A stretch of 64,000 bases of DNA, taken from a candidate division WWE3 bacterium RIFCSPHIGHO2_02_FULL_38_14. GTDB lineage: Bacteria > Patescibacteriota > WWE3 > UBA101185 > UBA10185. How positions within the stretch are numbered: the stretch's first letter is position 1; every line of letters starts with the position of its first letter. The notes under the pieces were generated by a model. The model was not told where the DNA came from, did not search any database, and worked only from the letters and a program-made list of their open reading frames with translations. Positions 51,870-61,606 of the stretch are shown piece after piece. A program made the position numbers and the translations under genes. The DNA lies in contig MEVD01000003.1 of the NCBI GenBank assembly GCA_001772865.1, positions 62,812 through 126,811 on the forward strand, in the 5' to 3' direction.

Positions 51870-54164
51870 ATGCCGCGAAAATTACTTCCTTATGCCGCAA
51901 TAATTGCTTTTATAGGCTTGGTATATATTAGAAATATTCTCCCGGTAAAAGGATTTCAAACCTTCATTTTCGGGGATTCTGCTATATATGCCCTGCAAGT
52001 TACAGGGTTGGCTAAAAACTTTTCGTCTGTTTTCGGATATAAGGATAATATTTTATTTTGGAATCCTTCTTATTTATCTGTAGGTATTCCTACAGCTTCG
52101 GTTATTGATTTTGGGGTTTTTTATCCGATTAACATTTTTATTGCCTTTATAGCTTTCTTAATCAAGAACCTTTTTATTACCTTTGACCTTTATACATTTT
52201 CGATATTTGCTCACCTGGTTTTTGGCAGCACTTTTGTTTATAAAATATTGAAAGACTTTTGGAAACTTAATCCGAAAATCGCTTTAATAGGCGCCTTTAT
52301 CTGGTCATTTAACGGTTATAATACTGAGTTTATGTCGGCCTCAGCAATTTTTCTTGCAGCTTCGTATCTTCCTGCATGTTTTTATTTCACCCTAAAATTG
52401 TTGGAATCAAACAAGTTTAAGTATTTTCTTATTTATCATTTGCTTCTTGCTTTTAGCTTTTTGTCCGGTTATGTCATTGTTCCTGTGATTATATTATTAT
52501 TTTGTTCTTTTTATTATATTTTTGCACAGTCTGCCTTAAGCAAGAAGAAAAAAGCAATAAAGTTGCTAATAGGATTACTTCTAATAACACTACCTTTAAT
52601 TGCTCCATTATATTTTTCTACATATATTAACTTTCCTTATAGTTTGAGGTCATTAAATTTAGATTTGGAAAGTTTTTTATTTAATTCGGCAAAAATTAGA
52701 AATTTAAAAGAATCAGTGTTTCCTACAAACACACCGTTTAATGACTTAAGTAAAACTAACCAAGTATTTTTATATTTTAGTCTTACTGGTCTTTTGTTGC
52801 TGATTTTGAATCGTAGTTATAGAAATATATTTTCCGATAATAGAAACAAGTTGCTGTTAATTTTTGGATTTTTAGGTTTATTAATTGCAATTGGTAAATA
52901 CGGACTGATTTCTTACTTGTTGTATTATATTCCCGGCATCGGGCTTTTTAGAAGATTGTCTGTTTTTTCTTTAGTTCCGTTATTTACTTATTCTATATTA
53001 ATTCCACAGATATTAAGAAATATATATGAACTTAAGAACTTTAAATTTACTTCTGTATTTAAAGTAATTCTCATTGTTAGTGTTTTTATCTTTTTTATTA
53101 CTTCTTATTTATATTTAACAAGACAGCCTTTAGAGATTGAAGTATCTTCTTTTTATACGTCATTTATTACAGGATTCGCTGTTCTTGTAATTGTGGCAGT
53201 TTCTTACAAACTAAGACGGCTTAATAATAACTATTTATTATACGGGCTAATATTGGCACTGTTTATTGAAGCATTGATAAATATATCCTCAAAAGCATTT
53301 ATAAATTCAAAAATTAATCCTAAAGACATGTTTATACCCAATTCTCTTATGACAAGTTTAATGAATATGGTAGAAGAAGGTGAAAGAGTTAATGTTTTGC
53401 ATACTCATTACAACTACAGCACGAGTCATATAAATTTGGATCAGACAGCCGGATATGTTTCACTCGCAAGCCTTTATGGTGGAAAAATAAATGAATATCT
53501 TGAGTCTGCCGATTCGGAGAATAAAAATTTGAAGGATCTGCTCGGAGTTAAATATGTAATAAATAAAGTCAGTAAAACTGATTCGAACCTAAAAATAATT
53601 GAAAAAGAAGATTCATCAGAATTTTACGAATTCAACTATTTAAACCTCGAATGGGAAAAAGAGAAATCCCAGGATGTTTATGCACTATATTCGCGGGAAA
53701 CCAATTTGCCACGCTTGTATGTTGCTTCACAGGTGGAAAAATCAGATCAATCAGTTCTATTATTGGATAAAATACGCAGTTCTAAAGAAAATGCAGTTGT
53801 TTTTATTGATGAGGAAGTGCCTGCTGATATAACCAGATCTTCAGAGGTTAAAATACTGGAAATTAAAAGAAATTATCTTCGGGCTGAAGTAAAAAGCGGT
53901 GGAAGTGTATTTTTAGCAAATTCAACGGGGTATTATCCCGGGTGGAAAGTAAAAATTAACGGAGAATGGCATAATCCCATTCAAACTAATTGGTTTATGC
54001 AGGGGATATTTTTAAATTCCGGATTTAATGTTGTGGAATTTTACTATATACCATATGGTATTATATTGGGGTCGATTTATTTATTTACAGCTTTGTTTAT
54101 TTGGATTTTATATTTTGCTTTAAGGGTAAGACTAAATGCATTTATTAAAAAGAAGTCTGACTAG
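51870..54164 (+). CDS. large polytopic membrane protein (YfhO/GT-C-like)
   Basis: 764 aa. About 13 N-terminal TM helices, a large extracytoplasmic domain, and a C-terminal TM anchor. Confidence 0.4.
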   Translation: MPRKLLPYAAIIAFIGLVYIRNILPVKGFQTFIFGDSAIYALQVTGLAKNFSSVFGYKDNILFWNPSYLSVGIPTASVIDFGVFYPINIFIAFIAFLIKNLFITFDLYTFSIFAHLVFGSTFVYKILKDFWKLNPKIALIGAFIWSFNGYNTEFMSASAIFLAASYLPACFYFTLKLLESNKFKYFLIYHLLLAFSFLSGYVIVPVIILLFCSFYYIFAQSALSKKKKAIKLLIGLLLITLPLIAPLYFSTYINFPYSLRSLNLDLESFLFNSAKIRNLKESVFPTNTPFNDLSKTNQVFLYFSLTGLLLLILNRSYRNIFSDNRNKLLLIFGFLGLLIAIGKYGLISYLLYYIPGIGLFRRLSVFSLVPLFTYSILIPQILRNIYELKNFKFTSVFKVILIVSVFIFFITSYLYLTRQPLEIEVSSFYTSFITGFAVLVIVAVSYKLRRLNNNYLLYGLILALFIEALINISSKAFINSKINPKDMFIPNSLMTSLMNMVEEGERVNVLHTHYNYSTSHINLDQTAGYVSLASLYGGKINEYLESADSENKNLKDLLGVKYVINKVSKTDSNLKIIEKEDSSEFYEFNYLNLEWEKEKSQDVYALYSRETNLPRLYVASQVEKSDQSVLLLDKIRSSKENAVVFIDEEVPADITRSSEVKILEIKRNYLRAEVKSGGSVFLANSTGYYPGWKVKINGEWHNPIQTNWFMQGIFLNSGFNVVEFYYIPYGIILGSIYLFTALFIWILYFALRVRLNAFIKKKSD

Positions 54165-55371
54165 GAAAGAAAAAAAGTTAGTTGCGTTTTTATCTATACT
54201 ATTGGTACTGTTTTCGTCTCTTTATATATTCTTAATTGAACCTGTTATCACAATTTATAAATACGCAAATAAAATTCCGGCTAAAATAGCCTTTGTAGAA
54301 CGAGCGGTGAGATCGCAGGATTTCAGGTTTCTGCCCTTTGAAATTGAATATTTAAAGGAAGATTTTGTAGTAATAGACCAGGCGGCAACCCGTCTTTCGG
54401 TTTTCAAGCCGGTTCCGTTTATTGGTTCATATGTGTCGGATGTAAAAGTTTTCACTTCGGTAGCTGTAGATATGATTGATACTACCTACGGCATGCTTTT
54501 ATATATGGATGATGTAATTCCGAATCTTTCATTTACAGGATGGAGTGACAATTCTGTCTCGCAGGAAGTAGTAATAAACCAACTCAGCTCCTTTTTAACT
54601 GAATACCTGCCGTTGTATAAAGAAAGAATTAAAACAATTAATGAGAGGGTAATGACAGTTGATACTTCAAAATATCCGGAAGTAATAAAAGGTATAGAAG
54701 TCAGGTCAAGCCTTGAACAGATAAAAGGATTAACAATCAATTTTACAAATTCATTTGATGTACTTGGTGAATTAGTCGGTGATTTTCCCAGTTTAACGGG
54801 AACATCAGTTCCGAAGAATTATTTATTTCTGCTTTCTTATGGATCCAAACCCCAAACTGAAAAATTTGTGGCGTATGCGGTGTTCAGAGTTAACGGTACA
54901 AATGTAAGTATAGTTAGAACAGGCGATGTCGGTCTACTGGGACAGCAATTAACTAAATTTATAGAACCGGGTAAAGAACTTGAAGCTATATGGGAAAAGG
55001 CTTTAAGTGATGTTGGACTGGAAGGAATAGTTGTCATTAACGATCAGGTTATTAAATCCATTGTTGGGGTGATCGGAAAAGTCAATGCTAATGAACTTGG
55101 TGATATTACCGCCGAAAATGTTCAGGAGAACTTGCTGAAATTTTATGAAAATGCTGGAAAAAGGGATCTGCAGAGTAAAAAAGAGAAAAGTTCGGTGGGT
55201 ACCCTGCTATTTAACTTAATTAAAGAAGCCATTTCAACCGCAAGTTTGCACAAAAAAGCCGAGCTTATAAAGGCATTAATTAATGAAAGAAATAACGGAA
55301 ATATTTCATTTTATTTTGAAAACGAAAAACTTCAGAATTTGGTAGAGTTTAAGAATTTTGAATATAATTGA
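54136..55371 (+). CDS. membrane-anchored extracytoplasmic protein (DUF4012-like)
   Basis: 411 aa. Single N-terminal TM, then a soluble domain. Overlaps the upstream gene by 29 nt. Confidence 0.35.
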   Translation: MHLLKRSLTRKEKKLVAFLSILLVLFSSLYIFLIEPVITIYKYANKIPAKIAFVERAVRSQDFRFLPFEIEYLKEDFVVIDQAATRLSVFKPVPFIGSYVSDVKVFTSVAVDMIDTTYGMLLYMDDVIPNLSFTGWSDNSVSQEVVINQLSSFLTEYLPLYKERIKTINERVMTVDTSKYPEVIKGIEVRSSLEQIKGLTINFTNSFDVLGELVGDFPSLTGTSVPKNYLFLLSYGSKPQTEKFVAYAVFRVNGTNVSIVRTGDVGLLGQQLTKFIEPGKELEAIWEKALSDVGLEGIVVINDQVIKSIVGVIGKVNANELGDITAENVQENLLKFYENAGKRDLQSKKEKSSVGTLLFNLIKEAISTASLHKKAELIKALINERNNGNISFYFENEKLQNLVEFKNFEYN

Positions 55372-55421
55372 ATAGTGGTTGAATTGAAATATTAATTATT
55401 TTATAGGAGTATATAAATCAC

Positions 55422-56387
55422 ATGTACAACCAGTTTTGGAAAAATAGATCTGTATTAGTGACCGGTGGTACTGGTCTTCTAGGTTCGGAGTTAGTTAAAC
55501 AGTTGGTTGAGAGTGAGGCTAATGTAGTAACTGCGGTTAGGGACAACGTTTCTAAATCCCGTTTTTTTATAGAAAATCTTCATGAGAAGGTCACGGTTGT
55601 TCATGGAGATGTTATTGATTTTCCATTTTTAGAAAGAGTAATTGGTGAATATGAAATTGACACTGTTTTCCATTTGGCGGCTCAAACAATTGTAAGGATT
55701 GCAAATAACTCACCGTTGTCTACATTTGAAAGTAACATGCGAGGCACCTGGAATGTTCTTGAAGCCGCAAGACTGCACTCTAAAAAAATCAGATCAGTAG
55801 TAGTGGCTTCATCTGATAAAGCATATGGAGAGAGTAAAACCCTTCCATATGACGAAGAGACCCCGCTAAAAGGAAAATACCCATATGACGTTTCAAAAAC
55901 ATGCACGGATTTAATTGCTCAAAGTTACTGGTATACCTTTAAAATGCCGGTAAATATTACAAGGTGCGGAAATCTATTCGGTCCGGGAGATTTAAATTTC
56001 AGTAGAATTATTCCTGGTACGATACTTTCGGTTAAAAGAAATGAACCTCCAATAATAAGAAGCGACGGAAAATTTATTAGAAATTATTTCTATACCAAAG
56101 ACGCGGCTTCGGGATATTTGACTATTTCTGAAAATGTTGAAAATCATGCGGGCGAAGCATTTAATTTGGGAACTGAAGAACGATTTTCGGTAATTGATAT
56201 TACAAAGATGATTTTAAAATTAATGGGTTCAAGCCTTGAACCTGTGATTAAAAATGAGGCGACAAATGAAATATACGAGCAGTATTTAAATATTAATAAA
56301 GCAAAAGAAAAGCTGAGGTGGACTGCTAAATACTCTACTGAAGAAGCCTTAAAAGAAACTATCAACTGGTACACAAAATATGTCTAA
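55422..56387 (+). CDS. rfbG: CDP-glucose 4,6-dehydratase-like NAD-dependent dehydratase
   Basis: N-terminal FWKNRSVLVTGGTGLLGS, HLAAQTIVR, SSDKAYGE, and the YPYDVSKTC catalytic YxxxK region parallel RfbG/DdhB. Confidence 0.7.
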   Translation: MYNQFWKNRSVLVTGGTGLLGSELVKQLVESEANVVTAVRDNVSKSRFFIENLHEKVTVVHGDVIDFPFLERVIGEYEIDTVFHLAAQTIVRIANNSPLSTFESNMRGTWNVLEAARLHSKKIRSVVVASSDKAYGESKTLPYDEETPLKGKYPYDVSKTCTDLIAQSYWYTFKMPVNITRCGNLFGPGDLNFSRIIPGTILSVKRNEPPIIRSDGKFIRNYFYTKDAASGYLTISENVENHAGEAFNLGTEERFSVIDITKMILKLMGSSLEPVIKNEATNEIYEQYLNINKAKEKLRWTAKYSTEEALKETINWYTKYV

Positions 56388-57714
56388 TCATCTAAGAGAA
56401 GAAATTCTTTCTCTTGTTAAAAAATACCATGACGAGAACTTTAATAAGGTATTAATAGCGGGTGAAAGTTATATACCTCCGTCAGGGAAAGTTTTCGGTT
56501 TTGAGGAAGTGCGTAATCTTGTAGATGCATCCTTAGACTTCTGGCTTACTGAGGGAAGATTCAACGAACAGTTTGAAAAAGAACTGGCGGAATTTATAAG
56601 TGTGAATTTCTGTGCTACTGTTAATTCCGGATCATCAGCGAATTTGCTGGCATTTTATGCCTTAACATCAAGGGAATTCGGCTCGAGGGCAATTAAAAAA
56701 GGCGACGAAATTATTGAAGTTGCTACGTGTTTTCCAACAACTTTAAACCCTGTTTTACAGTTTGGATGTATACCTGTATTAGTTGATGTAGAAATCCCAG
56801 CTTATAATGCTTCTGCTAAAAATGTTTTAAGTGCTGTTACAGACAAAACAAAGGCGATATTTCTTGCCCATACTTTAGGTAATCCTTACGAAGTGGAAGA
56901 AATTGCCAAATTCTGCAAAGAAAAAGGTATTTGGCTGATTGAGGACTGCTGTGACGCTTTAGGAGCTGAATATGGCGGCAAAAGAGTCGGGTCTTTTGGA
57001 GATGTGGCAACTTTGAGTTTTTATCCCGCTCATCAAATTACCTGCGGTGAAGGTGGCGCTGTTTTAACCAACAATGCTCTGCTAAATAAAATGGTAAGGT
57101 CTTTTAGAGACTGGGGCCGCGATTGCTGGTGCGCACCGGGGAACGAGAATACATGCGGTATTAGATTTAACTGGCAGTTGGGAACATTACCTCGGGGGTA
57201 TGACCACAAATACATTTATAGTCATATCGGTTTCAATTTAAAAATGACTGATTTGCAGGCATCTGTAGGTTTAGCTCAAATGCAAAGGGTTGGGGGATTC
57301 ATAAAAAAAAGAAGAGAAAATCATAATCTTCTAATTGAATATTTAAAAAAATATGAAGATTATTTTATTATGCCCGAGGCTACTGAAAATAGTAATCCGT
57401 CATGGTTCGGTTTTGTAATTACGATAAAAGACGGAGCACCGTTTACGAGGACAGATTTGATCAGATATTTAGAAAATCATAAAATAGGTACGCGGCTACT
57501 TTTTGCCGGTAATATAACAAGACAGCCCGCCTATAAAGATATTGAATTTATAGTACACGATAAGTTAGTTAATGCCGATAAAGTAATGAATGACACTTTT
57601 TGGATAGGTTGCTATCCGGCAATTAATGAAGATATTATAAAATATGTTAGTAAAACTTTTGAAGAATTTATATCACTTTCCGAGAAAGGAATTATAAATG
57701 CCAAAGCCAATTAA
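56380..57714 (+). CDS. rfbH: CDP-4-keto-6-deoxy-D-glucose-3-dehydrase (E1; RfbH/DdhC family, DegT-type PMP enzyme)
   Basis: 444 aa. SGSSANLLA, CFPTTLNP, AHTLGNP, IEDCCDALG, FYPAHQITCGEGGAV, FRDWGRDCWCAPG..NTCG (E1 Cys cluster), HKYIYSHIGFNLKMTD. A His occupies the usual PLP-Lys position, as in E1. Confidence 0.8.
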   Translation: MSNHLREEILSLVKKYHDENFNKVLIAGESYIPPSGKVFGFEEVRNLVDASLDFWLTEGRFNEQFEKELAEFISVNFCATVNSGSSANLLAFYALTSREFGSRAIKKGDEIIEVATCFPTTLNPVLQFGCIPVLVDVEIPAYNASAKNVLSAVTDKTKAIFLAHTLGNPYEVEEIAKFCKEKGIWLIEDCCDALGAEYGGKRVGSFGDVATLSFYPAHQITCGEGGAVLTNNALLNKMVRSFRDWGRDCWCAPGNENTCGIRFNWQLGTLPRGYDHKYIYSHIGFNLKMTDLQASVGLAQMQRVGGFIKKRRENHNLLIEYLKKYEDYFIMPEATENSNPSWFGFVITIKDGAPFTRTDLIRYLENHKIGTRLLFAGNITRQPAYKDIEFIVHDKLVNADKVMNDTFWIGCYPAINEDIIKYVSKTFEEFISLSEKGIINAKAN

Positions 57715-57748
57715 GACAAAGGTTTCTAAAGCTATTACAAAATCTAAA

Positions 57749-58471
57749 ATGGCAGAGATGCCCGTAGTTATATTTTGCGGAGGGATGGGAAGCAGAATTA
57801 GAGAAGAAACCATAGATAAACCCAAGCCTATGATAAATGTAGGTGGAAAGCCAATATTATGGCATATAATGAAAATGTACAATCATCAAGGTTATAATAA
57901 CTTTATTTTAACTTTGGGTTACAAAGGTGACTATATTAGGGATTTTTTAAAAAGTACCCAGGGGAAGATTTTTGAACCTTTTAATATAACTTTAGCTGAA
58001 ACCGGTGTGGATACACCTACGGGCGGGCGGCTTCTTAGATCCGCGGATTTTATTAAGACAGACACATTTTTATGCACATATGGGGACGGATTCAGTGATG
58101 TGGATTTAAATAAGGTCTTGGATTTTCATAATAACAGGGATATGGTGGCTACATTGACTAGTGTCTGTATACCTCATAAATTCGGAATAATATCATTTTC
58201 CAAGGCAGGACAATTGAAAAATTATAAAAAAGGACATTTAATGAAGGAACCCATTAACGCCGGATTTTTTGTTTTCACTAAAAAATATTTTGATTACTTA
58301 ACCGACGACATGATGATTGAGGACCCGTTTAATGCCGTTGCAAAAGATAAAAAATTCGGAGTCTATTTTCATGACGGATATTTTGGTGCTGTAGATACAT
58401 ATAAAGATTTAGAAGATTTAAACGACTTGTGGAATAATAAAAATCCACCTTGGAAGGTTTGGGAGGACTAA
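57749..58471 (+). CDS. rfbF: glucose-1-phosphate cytidylyltransferase
   Basis: MPVVIFCGGMGSRIREETIDKPKPMINVGGKPILWHIMKMY closely parallels the RfbF/DdhA N-terminus. Start taken at the internal Met (57749). Confidence 0.8.
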   Translation: MAEMPVVIFCGGMGSRIREETIDKPKPMINVGGKPILWHIMKMYNHQGYNNFILTLGYKGDYIRDFLKSTQGKIFEPFNITLAETGVDTPTGGRLLRSADFIKTDTFLCTYGDGFSDVDLNKVLDFHNNRDMVATLTSVCIPHKFGIISFSKAGQLKNYKKGHLMKEPINAGFFVFTKKYFDYLTDDMMIEDPFNAVAKDKKFGVYFHDGYFGAVDTYKDLEDLNDLWNNKNPPWKVWED

Positions 58472-58474
58472 TCA

Positions 58475-59488
58475 GTGAAAAATTCTCATCTCTCGGTTTC
58501 TATTGTAATGCCTACTTTAAACTCAATGAGAACTTTGGATGCCTGTTTGAAATCTATTCGTAGTCAGAATTATTCTCAGGAAAAAATAGAGATTTTAATT
58601 GTCGACGGTGGTTCAACAGATGCTACTAAACAGACAGCAGAAAAGTATAATTGCAGATTTATAGAAGGTGAATATAGAGATAATCAAGAACCGAGAAAAG
58701 GAATCGGTCTTTTAAATGCTAAAAATGATTTGGTTGCATATATTGATTCAGATAACATCCTTCCGGATAAAGAATGGATAAACCAATCTATAAAACCATT
58801 TTCAGAGGTTTCAGACTTAACCGGCACTGAAACTTTGAGGTATGGTTTAATGCCGGGTTTTGCCTATTTTAACAGATATTGTGCTTTGATTGGAGCAAAT
58901 GATCCGGTAGCTTTATATTTAGGGAAAAGCGAAAAACTGTCGTGGCTTTATAATGAGTGGCAAATAACTCCAGTAAAAGAAAAACACGACGGATATTTTA
59001 TAGTCGAGTTTAATGAGAGTAATATGCCTACCTTGGGTGGAAACGGATATTTTTCATGGAGGGAATTGATGCTCAAGTCCAATTGTCAGCCCGACCAGTA
59101 TTTTCATATTGACGTTGTAATGGATCTGGTGAAACTCGGGTATACTAAGTTTGCTATGGTAGAAAATGAAATTTACCATGATACCGCTGCAAGTTTGAAT
59201 AAATTAACTTCAAGAAGAAAAACATATTTTAAAACCCACAATCCAATGTATGGGAACAGAAGATATTTGTTGTTTAATCCTGCTAAAAAGAGTGATGTGT
59301 ACAATCTTTTTCTATTCGTTGTTTATTCTGCAACTTTTATTCAGCCTATTTTGTTTTCATTGAGAGGCTTTTTCAAAAAAAGGGATTTAGCTTGGTTTTT
59401 GCACCCTGCGGTATGTTTTTCCTTTATGTGGGCTTATTCTGTAGCTACAATTTCTCTTATTTCAAATCGGTTGAATAAAAATAAGTAA
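58475..59488 (+). CDS. family 2 glycosyltransferase with C-terminal TM segments
   Basis: SIVMPTLNS, LIVDGGSTDAT, IDSDN. Confidence 0.75.
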   Translation: MKNSHLSVSIVMPTLNSMRTLDACLKSIRSQNYSQEKIEILIVDGGSTDATKQTAEKYNCRFIEGEYRDNQEPRKGIGLLNAKNDLVAYIDSDNILPDKEWINQSIKPFSEVSDLTGTETLRYGLMPGFAYFNRYCALIGANDPVALYLGKSEKLSWLYNEWQITPVKEKHDGYFIVEFNESNMPTLGGNGYFSWRELMLKSNCQPDQYFHIDVVMDLVKLGYTKFAMVENEIYHDTAASLNKLTSRRKTYFKTHNPMYGNRRYLLFNPAKKSDVYNLFLFVVYSATFIQPILFSLRGFFKKRDLAWFLHPAVCFSFMWAYSVATISLISNRLNKNK

Positions 59489-60628
59489 CTATTCAGGTTT
59501 ATTCAATTTAGATAAATTCCCTTTTATAACCCCCTTAATGTCATATATTTTAGCCATATCAAGGCATTTTGATTGAAGTGATATCAAATTTTCCTTTGAG
59601 ATAAATATTTTCAGGACTTCGTCATCTGGCATTTTGTTATCAGCCTTTAATTGTAAAGCAATACCTTCATTAATAATTTCTTTATTTAGAGAAGGTTCGA
59701 GAGATATTATAAAAGGCAACCCACACATCATATATTCCCATATTTTTATAGGTTCAATATATTTAGTTGAGCCGAAGTCTTTATCATAAACCGCTAATCC
59801 CAGATCGCATTGAGAAACGAGTCTGCTTGACGCGTCTTGCCCGTTAACATCAAAAATCTGGGTGTTTTTTAGATTGTTTTTTTCAATTAATTGCCGGAAT
59901 AAATCGACTTTATTGGATGGAATAAACCAGAACTCCATTTCCGGCCTGATTTTCTGAATTTTTAAACAGATGTCTACTATATCATGGATCTGTTTATCGG
60001 TTAAAATGCTTCCAGTCCAAACTACGCGCTTGCCTGTTCTGGAATTTTGATTTGACTTGTAGTAAGTATCATTAAATATAAAGGAATTAGGTGTATATAT
60101 TGAATCACTATTATAATGTTTCTTTTTGTAATCAGCCAAGGATTCACATACAACCCAGGTTATATCAGATTTTAATGAGGCAATTCTGTCAAAATATTCG
60201 TATATTTTTTGCATAAATTTAATTGAAAATCTGTTTTCGCTAAAATCTACGCTGTAAAATACCAGTTTAAAATTCAGCAGAAACTTTAGAAAAACTGCCG
60301 GAACCGTGGATAATGGGTCAATACCGATTACAACTGAATTTCTGCTATCTAATGTTAAAAGCCTGATCAATAATGAAAATGTTAAAATAAAATCTGTTAA
60401 ATATTTTATTGGGGTGATTCTTCCGAATACTTTTGGAATTTTGATCTTTATTTGTTTATCGTGTTTGCCGTAAAAAACGGGATTCTCATAGCCGTTTAAA
60501 GGTATCTCTAGCACTAAAACGTCTAGGTTGTTCTGAACTAATCCATTGATTATAGAAAAGTAAGGGCCGGAAACTTTTTTATTATTTTTATAAAGTACGT
60601 GAGTAATTATTATGTATTTATCTTCCAT
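59489..60628 (-). CDS. GT-B glycosyltransferase (GT4/GT1-like)
   Basis: 379 aa. C-terminal Rossmann half with the EPIKIWEYMMCGLPFI region. Only minus-strand gene in this part of the island. Confidence 0.5.
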   Translation of the reverse strand: MEDKYIIITHVLYKNNKKVSGPYFSIINGLVQNNLDVLVLEIPLNGYENPVFYGKHDKQIKIKIPKVFGRITPIKYLTDFILTFSLLIRLLTLDSRNSVVIGIDPLSTVPAVFLKFLLNFKLVFYSVDFSENRFSIKFMQKIYEYFDRIASLKSDITWVVCESLADYKKKHYNSDSIYTPNSFIFNDTYYKSNQNSRTGKRVVWTGSILTDKQIHDIVDICLKIQKIRPEMEFWFIPSNKVDLFRQLIEKNNLKNTQIFDVNGQDASSRLVSQCDLGLAVYDKDFGSTKYIEPIKIWEYMMCGLPFIISLEPSLNKEIINEGIALQLKADNKMPDDEVLKIFISKENLISLQSKCLDMAKIYDIKGVIKGNLSKLNKPE

Positions 60629-60709
60629 TTCTATGTTATTATACAGCAGACATTGGGATTAACATCGGTGCCTGTTAAATATCATGCCTGATGGAATTAA
60701 ATTAGATAT

Positions 60710-61606
60710 ATGCTTGAAAAAATAAAGTGGTTTATAAATGCTTCGATTTCTTTAGACTTAGGGTTTTGGAAAGTTTCAGTCTGGAGTGTTGATAAAAAAC
60801 TGGAGTTTATTGTATTAAAATATCTCGAAATCTTCCTCAATTTATCACGAGTAAAAGTTTTTAATCTTGGAGATAGTAGCTTAAAGTTGTTCGGTAAAGA
60901 AATATTTTATGATACTGTTTTCGGTATCGCCGGGTATCAAAGCATGCTTTCGAGGCACCAGAAAATGTTAAAATTCGCAAAAATCGAAAAAGTGTATAAC
61001 ATTATTGATATAGGTGCGAATGTAGGCTTTTTTTCACTGGTATGCAGAGATTTATATAAAGATGCCGAAGTATTTGCTGTTGAGCCTGTTGTTAGCGCTT
61101 ATAAATGTTTAAAAAAGAACTTAAATAATCCTAAAGATCATATATTCCAACTGGCAATATCCGATAAAAATGGAAAAGAAAGAATGGAATTCACCGAAGA
61201 TAATACAGCAGTAAGTAGTGTCATAAGAAATGAAACTGGTTTTAATAAAATTAACAATAATGGTAAAAACACACAATTTGTGGAGGTTGAAGCAAAAACA
61301 TTGGATACTTTTGTAAATGAAAATAAACTGGAAATAATAGACATTTTGAAAGTTGATACTGAATCGTTTGAATATAATGTGCTTAAATCCGCATACAATA
61401 CACTTAAAAATACCAGATACCTTCACTTAGAAATAAGCATAGAAAATAATTCAAACTATACGTTTACCCAGATTAATAGTTTACTATTTTCTAATGACTT
61501 CAATTTTCAGCTGCTTTGTTTTAGGAATTTTACAGATAGAGGAGATGGCCCGATTCCGGTTGGGGATTTTTTATTTAAAAATATTATGATGGAGTTTTAT
61601 GGATAA
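60710..61606 (+). CDS. FkbM-family methyltransferase
   Basis: IIDIGANVGFFSLV ... FAVEP is the FkbM domain signature. Confidence 0.7.
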   Translation: MLEKIKWFINASISLDLGFWKVSVWSVDKKLEFIVLKYLEIFLNLSRVKVFNLGDSSLKLFGKEIFYDTVFGIAGYQSMLSRHQKMLKFAKIEKVYNIIDIGANVGFFSLVCRDLYKDAEVFAVEPVVSAYKCLKKNLNNPKDHIFQLAISDKNGKERMEFTEDNTAVSSVIRNETGFNKINNNGKNTQFVEVEAKTLDTFVNENKLEIIDILKVDTESFEYNVLKSAYNTLKNTRYLHLEISIENNSNYTFTQINSLLFSNDFNFQLLCFRNFTDRGDGPIPVGDFLFKNIMMEFYG

